From assembly GCA_944325065.1 (NCBI GenBank), contig CALUYS010000001.1, positions 35,439 through 99,438 on the forward strand: DNA of 64,000 bases, given 5' to 3'. A program made the position numbers and the translations under genes. The stretch is from Candidatus Gastranaerophilales bacterium. GTDB lineage: Bacteria; Cyanobacteriota; Vampirovibrionia; Gastranaerophilales; Gastranaerophilaceae. The notes beneath the pieces are model-generated. The model was not told the origin of the DNA, ran no database searches, and worked only from the letters and a program-made list of their open reading frames with translations. Position 1 is the stretch's first letter, and the number at the start of each line of letters is the position of its first letter. This document shows, piece by piece, positions 18,066 to 25,620 of this stretch.

Positions 18066-18218
18066 TTACATAATTTTTATTATCGTTACCTTGGTAAAAT
18101 CCCCTACATATATTAACACAAAAAAATTATAACTTATATAAATAATATTTCTTTATTATGAAATAAAAAAATGTATTATTAAGGCACTTATCTGGTAACG
18201 ATAATAAAAATTATGTAA
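18066..18218. repeat. Perfect 25 bp inverted repeat (18066-18090 / 18194-18218) flanking a 103 bp AT-rich spacer in a divergent promoter region
   Basis: TTACATAATTTTTATTATCGTTACC on the left is the exact reverse complement of GGTAACGATAATAAAAATTATGTAA on the right; I checked it base by base. The arms end 18 nt and 15 nt from the two divergent start codons. Confidence 0.9.
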
Positions 18219-18233
18219 GAATGGTTTTTTAAA

Positions 18234-19208
18234 ATGGGAGAACATAAAAATAATATAAAAATCGCTTTTTGTTTTGATAATAATTTGATGAAACAAATTT
18301 GTGTTACGGTTGCAAGTTTGCTTGATGCTAGTAAAAATAGTTGTTCTCATTACGATATTTATTGTATATGTTCCAATGGAGCAGAAAAAGTTGAAAATAA
18401 GTTAAAAAAAATTGTTAAAAAACGCGATAAATTTTCAAATATATTCCTATATCCAGTAGAAAATAAATATGCAAATGGTTATGAAATTAGAAAAATTACA
18501 AGTGGTGCATATTTAAGACTTCAATTGCATAATATTTTATCAAATCTTGATAAAATTATTTATTGCGATGTAGACATTTTATTTAAAAATAATTTGCAAG
18601 AAATTTGGGATATTCCTATTGATCACAACTATTTTATGGGGGTAAAAGGAGCTAATAATTTAAGTCATATTTGGAATGAAAATCTTATAAAATTTAATTA
18701 TTGGAATAAATTTGACAAAAATACTTATATTAATAGTGGGGTAGTTGTTATGAATTTACAAAAAATTCGTGATGACAATCTTGAAAAACAATGGGAAAAC
18801 ATGGTAAATGATGCTTATTTTTACGTGGATCAAGACATTATTAATATTGTTTGTAAAAATAAAATAGGATTTTTGCCTTTAAAATATAACATTCCTGCAT
18901 ATTTAGATAATAATACTCTTTTAAATTATGAAAAAGAAAATATATATGAAAAATCTTTCATTGAAGATGCAATAAATAATCCATCAGTTATTCACTATGC
19001 AGGAGAAAAACCTTGGGATAATCCAAATATATTAAATAGTTATTATTGGATTAATTATGTAAAAAGTCAAAAGGATTTGAAAAAAATGTTTAAAACAAAA
19101 CAAAAAATAAAATTATTTAGCATAAATAATGAATATTCAAATAATAAAAAATACAAAGTTATTACTTTATTTGGAATAAAAATAAAACTACGATGTAAGA
19201 AAGGGTAA
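18234..19208 (+). CDS. GT8 family glycosyltransferase with C-terminal tag module
   Basis: IKIAFCFDNNLMKQICVTVASLL, YCDVDILF (DxD), NSGVVVMNL, HYAGEKPW. Confidence 0.8.
   Translation: MGEHKNNIKIAFCFDNNLMKQICVTVASLLDASKNSCSHYDIYCICSNGAEKVENKLKKIVKKRDKFSNIFLYPVENKYANGYEIRKITSGAYLRLQLHNILSNLDKIIYCDVDILFKNNLQEIWDIPIDHNYFMGVKGANNLSHIWNENLIKFNYWNKFDKNTYINSGVVVMNLQKIRDDNLEKQWENMVNDAYFYVDQDIINIVCKNKIGFLPLKYNIPAYLDNNTLLNYEKENIYEKSFIEDAINNPSVIHYAGEKPWDNPNILNSYYWINYVKSQKDLKKMFKTKQKIKLFSINNEYSNNKKYKVITLFGIKIKLRCKKG
19113..19205 (+). other. Tag module copy 7 (C-terminal on GT8)
   Basis: LFSINNEYSNNKKYKVITLFGIKIKLRCKKG. Confidence 0.85.
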
Positions 19209-19210
19209 AA

Positions 19211-20530
19211 ATGTTAAATTATAAAAAAATATTACTTATAAATCCTTATATCAAACTAGATCGAGAAAATCCAATCGCTATACTTGATATGGCTCCATAT
19301 TTTAGAAAATGTGGTATAGAAGTTGATGTATGTAATTTTCCCGATCTACCTGAGTTTAAAGATTATGATATGATAGGTATAAGTTGTATTTCAAGTGAAG
19401 GCGGATATATTTTTGAGCAACTTAAAGTTATTCGCGAACATTTTCGAGGAAAGAAAATAGTTATTGGTGGAAAATGGTCAACAACAATGACAGAGGAAGA
19501 AGCTTTAAAATTGCAGACTTTAAATATTGAAGTTGAAACAGGCAAAGGAGAACTTGTTTATACAAATGATAAAGTTATAAATTTTGAAAAGTATCCTTCA
19601 TGGGATAAAAATGATTTTGAAATTCTGTGTGCCAATAATATAATGATGACATCTCGTGGTTGTCCTTTTCATTGTAATTTTTGCAATAATACCGAAGAAA
19701 AAGTAAGTTATTTTACTGCTAAACGAACTGTAGATAATCTTGAACTTATTTTGAGTAAAAATAATGATGTATACTTTGTAGATGATATTTTTGTTACAAA
19801 TTATGAACATGCAAAAGCAATTTATGATGAATGTAAACGACGTAAAATTAAAATTGAAAACCATAATAAATTTTTTGTACATCTAAATACGGTTAATGAT
19901 AAAACTATTAAAATAATCAAATTGTTTAAACCCAAAATGGTTAATGTTGGCATTGAGTCAGGTAATGATTCAATGCTAAAAAAGATGAATAAAAAAACAA
20001 GTGTTGAAAAAATAAGAAAAAATGTAAAAACTCTTTCAAAATATACAAATGTCCATGGTTTATGGATGGTCGGTTATCCTTATGAAACAATTGATACACT
20101 TAAAAATTCTTGGAATTTAATGAAGGAACTTGCTCCATACATACATTCAAATTGGATAAGTCATTATATTCCCTTGTATGCTACAGTTGGATATCATATG
20201 GCAATGGAAGAAGGTGGTAAATTTAATCAAGGTATTGATAATCGTCATGTTGCTTATATACCTAAAGGTTTAACTCAAGACATTTTAATTGAATATAGAA
20301 CAAAAATGATGCAATTTAATAATATTTTATTTAAAAGACAAAATATATACAAATATTACTTTTATAAAATTGTTTCAAAAATTTCAATAGGTAAATTAAG
20401 AAAAAAAGTTAAGGCAAAGTATAAAACATTAAAGTCGCAATTCTCTCCCCCCCCCCCGATAAAATCCAATATTTTAGATTTAATTTATATTCTAAGATTA
20501 TCTTGTTTTTTAAATGTTTTTTATATTTGA
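19211..20530 (+). CDS. B12-binding-domain radical SAM enzyme (class B-like)
   Basis: The N-terminal ~130 aa have a Rossmann-like B12-binding layout, followed by MTSRGCPFHCNFCNN (CX3CX2C) and VGIESGND. The 3' end contains a C11 tract. Confidence 0.7.
   Translation: MLNYKKILLINPYIKLDRENPIAILDMAPYFRKCGIEVDVCNFPDLPEFKDYDMIGISCISSEGGYIFEQLKVIREHFRGKKIVIGGKWSTTMTEEEALKLQTLNIEVETGKGELVYTNDKVINFEKYPSWDKNDFEILCANNIMMTSRGCPFHCNFCNNTEEKVSYFTAKRTVDNLELILSKNNDVYFVDDIFVTNYEHAKAIYDECKRRKIKIENHNKFFVHLNTVNDKTIKIIKLFKPKMVNVGIESGNDSMLKKMNKKTSVEKIRKNVKTLSKYTNVHGLWMVGYPYETIDTLKNSWNLMKELAPYIHSNWISHYIPLYATVGYHMAMEEGGKFNQGIDNRHVAYIPKGLTQDILIEYRTKMMQFNNILFKRQNIYKYYFYKIVSKISIGKLRKKVKAKYKTLKSQFSPPPPIKSNILDLIYILRLSCFLNVFYI
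20447..20457 (+). repeat. Homopolymeric C11 tract inside the 3' end of the B12-radical SAM gene
   Basis: Counted directly: ttctct + 11 C + gat. It encodes SPPPP in the called frame. Confidence 0.95.
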
Positions 20531-20548
20531 GAAATGAGGTAATTTAAG

Positions 20549-21454
20549 ATGAAATTTATTTCTTTTAAAAACGAGTATTTAAACGATAAAAAGTATAAAG
20601 TTTTAACTTTATTTGGAATAAAATTTAGATTTAAGTCAAAAAAACAAAATCAAATAAACAATTGTAATTATTTGCAAACATTACCCCGCTTGGAGATTCA
20701 TGTATGTGATAAATGCAATTTAAATTGTCGTGGTTGTACACATTATTGTAATGTTGCACAAGAAGATAGATTTGTTGATATAAGTAATTTTGAAAAGGAT
20801 ATAAAAGAAGTTGCTAAAAAACTTAATTTTTATGAAATCAAACTTTTGGGTGGTGAACCTTTGCTACATCCTAATTTAATTGAATTCTTTAGATTAACTC
20901 GTCAAGCATTTCCAACAAGTAAAATTATTTTAACAACGAACTTAATTTTGCTTGATACGATGAAAGAAAATTTTTGGGAAGCTATGAAGAAACACAATAT
21001 TGTTTTTCAATTGACAAAATATCCTCCAATGAATGAAAAATTTGTTCACTATTTGGATTTAATTGCTTCTCATAATATTATTATCGACAATATTCATGTT
21101 GCAAATGAGTTTTGGTTGTTTAAAAATCCGAATGGAGATTCAAATTCTCAAGAAGTTTATAAACAATGTCCTGAAGCTTATTGCCGACAACTTCGTGACG
21201 GAAGATTATATATTTGCCCTGATGCTTGTTATATGGATTATTATAATAAATACTTTAGTAAAAATATTCCAGTTGACAAAGGAATAGATGTTTATAAACA
21301 TTCAAGTGAGGAAATTTATAATTATTTGACAACACCGAAAGAAACTTGTAAATTTTGTTTTGCAAAGGACAAATTTAAATACGTACCTTGGGAAAAATCA
21401 CAAAAAAAATATGATGAATGGGATGGAGAAGTGGCAAATGAAGTTATTGTTTAA
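20549..21454 (+). CDS. Radical SAM enzyme with N-terminal tag module
   Basis: LEIHVCDKCNLNCRGCTHY (CX3CX2C), LLGGEPLLHP. The tag lies at aa 3-29. Confidence 0.7.
   Translation: MKFISFKNEYLNDKKYKVLTLFGIKFRFKSKKQNQINNCNYLQTLPRLEIHVCDKCNLNCRGCTHYCNVAQEDRFVDISNFEKDIKEVAKKLNFYEIKLLGGEPLLHPNLIEFFRLTRQAFPTSKIILTTNLILLDTMKENFWEAMKKHNIVFQLTKYPPMNEKFVHYLDLIASHNIIIDNIHVANEFWLFKNPNGDSNSQEVYKQCPEAYCRQLRDGRLYICPDACYMDYYNKYFSKNIPVDKGIDVYKHSSEEIYNYLTTPKETCKFCFAKDKFKYVPWEKSQKKYDEWDGEVANEVIV
20555..20635 (+). other. Tag module copy 8 (N-terminal on radical SAM)
   Basis: FISFKNEYLNDKKYKVLTLFGIKFRFK. Confidence 0.85.
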
Positions 21455-21490
21455 GTTTAAGCTTATTAGATAATAATGAAGAGGTATAAA

Positions 21491-22351
21491 ATGAATACAA
21501 TAAATAAAAATGGAATATCAGAAGTAACGACGTCACAATTTGGTGAGGATATTATTGTTAATTACTTAATAAAATTATTAAAAAACAACAATATTATTAA
21601 TGATATGACATATATTGATATTGGAGCTTGTGATCCTGTTAGAAATAATAATACAATTAGATTTTATGAACAAAATTTAAATACAAATATGATGTTGAAA
21701 AGTGTTTTAATTGAAGCAAATCCTTATCAATATGAAAGATGTAAAAAAAATCGTCCTAATGATATAGTTCTTAATGCAATAATTGTTGATAAAAAAAATG
21801 ATAATAAAAAAATACCATTTTATGTATTTGCGAATGAATCTGGTTTGAATACAATGTCAAAAATTCAAGCTGAAAGTATATTAAAAGAATTACCTAATGT
21901 ATTTACTCATTATGATACTGTTATGGTTGATACAATAACGATAAATGAAATAATAGACAAATATTTTAATAATAAACCACCAGTTTTTATAGATCTAGAT
22001 ATCGAAGGAATAGAGTTAAAAATATTAAAATCTTTTAATTTTAAAAAATCCAAACCTTTGATATGGTGTATTGAAACATCTGAATTAATTACTGACTTTG
22101 AAGTTGGGAAAAAAGAGAATGACATAGTAAGTTTTATGAAAAGTAAAGGCTATGAGGTATATGCTGATACTTATTTAAATACTATTTTTATAGATAAAAA
22201 TATTTTAAAAAAACTTGTCCGCAAGCATAGTATGAAAAATAGTTGTATAAATATAGAAAAGATATTTTCTATAAAAAATAAATATTCAAATAATAAAAAA
22301 CATAAAATTTTGACTATTTTTGGTGTAAAATTTAAGATAAGATGTAAATAG
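21491..22351 (+). CDS. FkbM family methyltransferase with C-terminal tag module
   Basis: YIDIGACDPV and FIDLDIEGIELKIL. I prefer the ATG at 21491, after GAAGAGG; the ORF track starts at 21476. Confidence 0.7.
   Translation: MNTINKNGISEVTTSQFGEDIIVNYLIKLLKNNNIINDMTYIDIGACDPVRNNNTIRFYEQNLNTNMMLKSVLIEANPYQYERCKKNRPNDIVLNAIIVDKKNDNKKIPFYVFANESGLNTMSKIQAESILKELPNVFTHYDTVMVDTITINEIIDKYFNNKPPVFIDLDIEGIELKILKSFNFKKSKPLIWCIETSELITDFEVGKKENDIVSFMKSKGYEVYADTYLNTIFIDKNILKKLVRKHSMKNSCINIEKIFSIKNKYSNNKKHKILTIFGVKFKIRCK
22262..22348 (+). other. Tag module copy 9 (C-terminal on FkbM MTase)
   Basis: IFSIKNKYSNNKKHKILTIFGVKFKIRCK. Confidence 0.85.
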
Positions 22352-22366
22352 AAAAAGGGTTGTATA

Positions 22367-23299
22367 ATGAAACAAATATTAATTACAGGTGGGGCAGGTT
22401 TTATAGGGAGTCATTTATGTGAAAGATTATTAAATGAAGGCAATGAAGTTATATGTCTTGATAATTTTTTTACAGGTTCAAAAGAGAATATAAGACATTT
22501 ACTTGATAATAGTAGGTTTGAACTTGTTCGTCATGATGTAACAAACGAGTATTATGCTGAAGTTGATCAGATATATAATATGGCATGCCCAGCATCTCCT
22601 CCGCATTATCAATACAACCCTATAAAAACAATAAAAACATCTGTTTTGGGGGTTATGAACATGCTTGGACTTGCTAAACGTTGTTGTGCAACAATATTAC
22701 AAGCTTCGACATCAGAAGTGTACGGAAATCCACTTATTCACCCTCAAACAGAAAATTATTGGGGAAATGTTAATCCTATTGGAATAAGAAGTTGTTATGA
22801 TGAAGGAAAAAGATGTGCGGAAACTTTAATGATGGACTATTATCGACAAAACAAAGTTGATAGTCGGATAATTAGAATTTTTAACACCTATGGACCAAAT
22901 ATGGATCCAAATGACGGTCGAGTTGTTTCTAATTTTATTGTCCAAGCATTGAAAAACAAAGATATAACTATGTATGGTGATGGAAGTCAAACAAGATCTT
23001 TTTGTTATGTTTCAGATTTAGTTGATGGCATAATCAAAATGATGAACAATGAACAAAAGTTTATTGGGCCTGTTAATTTGGGTAATCCAAGTGAAAGAAC
23101 TGTGTATAACCTTGCAGAATTAATTATTAATTTGACAAATTCAAATTCAAAAATAAAATTTAAACCATTACCTCAAGACGATCCGCTCCAAAGAAAACCT
23201 GATATATCTTTGGCTAAAAAAGAACTTAACTGGGAACCAAAAGTTGATATTAAAGAAGGTCTATTAAAAACAATTGAATATTTCGCAAAAAAAATATAA
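22367..23299 (+). CDS. uxs: UDP-glucuronate decarboxylase (UDP-xylose synthase)
   Basis: [79 protein letters not shown]. Confidence 0.9.
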   Translation: MKQILITGGAGFIGSHLCERLLNEGNEVICLDNFFTGSKENIRHLLDNSRFELVRHDVTNEYYAEVDQIYNMACPASPPHYQYNPIKTIKTSVLGVMNMLGLAKRCCATILQASTSEVYGNPLIHPQTENYWGNVNPIGIRSCYDEGKRCAETLMMDYYRQNKVDSRIIRIFNTYGPNMDPNDGRVVSNFIVQALKNKDITMYGDGSQTRSFCYVSDLVDGIIKMMNNEQKFIGPVNLGNPSERTVYNLAELIINLTNSNSKIKFKPLPQDDPLQRKPDISLAKKELNWEPKVDIKEGLLKTIEYFAKKI

Positions 23300-23313
23300 A
23301 AAGGAGTTTAATT

Positions 23314-24288
23314 ATGCAACTTATTGATTTAGAAAAAGAAAATATAAATAAATACAATGAGTTAAAACCAATAATCGGCGGTGTAATTTCACAATCTTGT
23401 GAACAAGTTAATTTTTTATCATATTTAATAAAAAAATATAAACCTCAAAAAGTATTAGAACTTGGAGTCGCATCAGGTGCATCAAGTATTGTTATATTAA
23501 ATACATTAAAAGAAATACTGAATAATTATCATCTTTATTCAATAGATTATTTATCTTATTGGTATGCAAACCCTAATAAAAAAACAGGTTTTTTAGTTGA
23601 AGAAAAAACGCCTGAATTAATAGATAAGTGGACTTTAAAAACGGGTGGTCTTGCTTGTGAATTTATGGATAAAATATGTCCGAATGGTGAAAATGATATT
23701 GATTTTTGTTTCATTGACACAATGCATATGCGTCCTGGTGAAATATTAGATTTTCTAATGGTGTTACCTTATTTAAAGAAAAACGGTGTTGTTGTTTTTC
23801 ATGATACTGTTTTACAGACATTGGGTGAAAAATATAAAAATTATGATTGCAATTGTATATTATATAGTGCTATTAAAGGAATAAAATATCAACCTTTAAA
23901 AGATACTTCATATCCTTCAAATATTGGTGCTGTTATATTGGATGAAAATATAAAAGATAATCTTTATGATATATTTAGTTTGTTATTGCTAAGTTGGTTT
24001 TATAAAATAGAGGAAAATGAATATTTACAAATTTTATATTATTTTGAAAAACATTACAATTCGTATTTGATAGAAATTTATAAACAAGCTTATTATTACA
24101 ATAATGCTTTAGTAGATAAAAAATTAAAAAATGGTAAATTAACCAATAAAGATATTTGTAAAATGTATAAGTATATGATATTATCAAAGTTAGGGATAAA
24201 AAAATATAAAGATAAATTAAATAATTATAAAGAAAAAATTTGGGTTAAAACAAAAAAAATAATTGAAAAGGAGTTAATTTTATCATGA
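23314..24288 (+). CDS. Class I SAM-dependent methyltransferase-like protein
   Basis: VLELGVASGASSIVIL and FCFIDTMH..NGVVVFHDT fit a Methyltransf_24-like layout. The C-terminal ~100 aa are unrecognised. Confidence 0.55.
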   Translation: MQLIDLEKENINKYNELKPIIGGVISQSCEQVNFLSYLIKKYKPQKVLELGVASGASSIVILNTLKEILNNYHLYSIDYLSYWYANPNKKTGFLVEEKTPELIDKWTLKTGGLACEFMDKICPNGENDIDFCFIDTMHMRPGEILDFLMVLPYLKKNGVVVFHDTVLQTLGEKYKNYDCNCILYSAIKGIKYQPLKDTSYPSNIGAVILDENIKDNLYDIFSLLLLSWFYKIEENEYLQILYYFEKHYNSYLIEIYKQAYYYNNALVDKKLKNGKLTNKDICKMYKYMILSKLGIKKYKDKLNNYKEKIWVKTKKIIEKELILS

Positions 24289-25610
24289 AAGTATGTGTAA
24301 TAGGCACAGGATATGTTGGTTTAGTAGCAGGCACGTGTCTTGCTGAGATGGGAAATGATGTAATCTGTGTTGATAATAACCTTGAAAAATTGAGTCAACT
24401 CAAAAATGGTATTATACCAATTTATGAACCTGGGCTTGAAGAACTTATAAAAGCGAACGTTTCTGAAGGAAGATTATTTTTTACCTCAAATTTAAAAGAA
24501 GCTGTTGAACAATCACTTGTTTGTTTTATTGCTGTTGGGACTCCTCAAGGTGAAGATGGTGAAGCTGATTTAAAATATGTATATGAAGTTGCAAAAAGTA
24601 TCGGACAATCAATTAATGATTATAAAGTTATAGTTGATAAATCAACTGTTCCTGTTGGAACAGCTGATGCTGTTAGTAAAATTATTAAAGAACAAACAAA
24701 CATTGAATTTGATGTTGTCTCTAATCCTGAATTTTTGAAACAAGGTGCAGCTGTGGATGATTTTTTGAAACCTGATAGGGTTGTAATTGGTTCAAACTCT
24801 CAAAGGGCAACTGAGATAATGCAAGAATTATATTCACCATTTTTGCGTACCGGAAATCCAGTTATTATTATGGATGTAAAATCAGCTGAAATGACAAAAT
24901 ATGCAGCTAATTCATTTTTGGCTGTTAAAATATCATATGCAAATGAAATAGCAAATATCTGTGAGCAAGTTGGTGCTGATGCTGAAATGGTGCGTATTGG
25001 AATGTGTTCAGATAAAAGAATAGGTTCACAGTTTTTGTTTCCAGGGTTGGGCTATGGAGGCAGTTGTTTCCCCAAAGATGTAAAAGCTCTTCTTAAGACA
25101 GCAAAAAAAAATAATTGTGATTATCAACTTCTTCAAGCTGCTGATAATGTTAACAAAAAACAAAGACAAGTTTTTCTTAATAAAATTTTAAATAAATATG
25201 GCAATGATTTAAATGGAAAAACATTTGCAATTTGGGGATTAGCTTTTAAACCTAAAACTAATGATATGAGAGAAGCACCTGCCATAACAATTATTAATGC
25301 TTTGTTAGAAAGAGGAGCTAAAATTCAAGCTTATGACCCAAAAGCAATGGATAGTGCAAAAGAAATTTTTGACAATAAAATAACTTATTCTAAATCAGCT
25401 TATGATGCTTTAAATAATGCTGATTGCATGCTTTTACTTACTGAATGGAATGAATTTCGTCGCCCTGATTTTGATAAAATAAAGTCATTGATGAAAGAGC
25501 ATGTTATTTTTGATGGACGTAACCAATATAATTCAAAACGATTAATTGAAAAAGGTTTTGAATATTATCAAATTGGTAAACAAACAAATAATGTCTTAAT
25601 TAGTATTTAG
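24285..25610 (+). CDS. ugd: UDP-glucose 6-dehydrogenase
   Basis: MKVCVIGTGYVGLV, NPEFLKQG, GYGGSCFPKD (catalytic Cys), LAFKPKTNDMREAP. ATGA start/stop overlap with the previous gene. Confidence 0.9.
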   Translation: MKVCVIGTGYVGLVAGTCLAEMGNDVICVDNNLEKLSQLKNGIIPIYEPGLEELIKANVSEGRLFFTSNLKEAVEQSLVCFIAVGTPQGEDGEADLKYVYEVAKSIGQSINDYKVIVDKSTVPVGTADAVSKIIKEQTNIEFDVVSNPEFLKQGAAVDDFLKPDRVVIGSNSQRATEIMQELYSPFLRTGNPVIIMDVKSAEMTKYAANSFLAVKISYANEIANICEQVGADAEMVRIGMCSDKRIGSQFLFPGLGYGGSCFPKDVKALLKTAKKNNCDYQLLQAADNVNKKQRQVFLNKILNKYGNDLNGKTFAIWGLAFKPKTNDMREAPAITIINALLERGAKIQAYDPKAMDSAKEIFDNKITYSKSAYDALNNADCMLLLTEWNEFRRPDFDKIKSLMKEHVIFDGRNQYNSKRLIEKGFEYYQIGKQTNNVLISI

Positions 25611-25620
25611 ATAATCTAGT

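Noticed and set aside
4942-22351. Whether the periodic recurrence of the ~80-90 nt tag-coding segment could be a CRISPR-like or other non-coding repeat array.
   Set aside because: Every copy is in frame within a long ORF at a domain terminus. Spacing is irregular (0.8-4 kb) and copies occur on both strands. No CRISPR array or cas genes were seen anywhere in the window.
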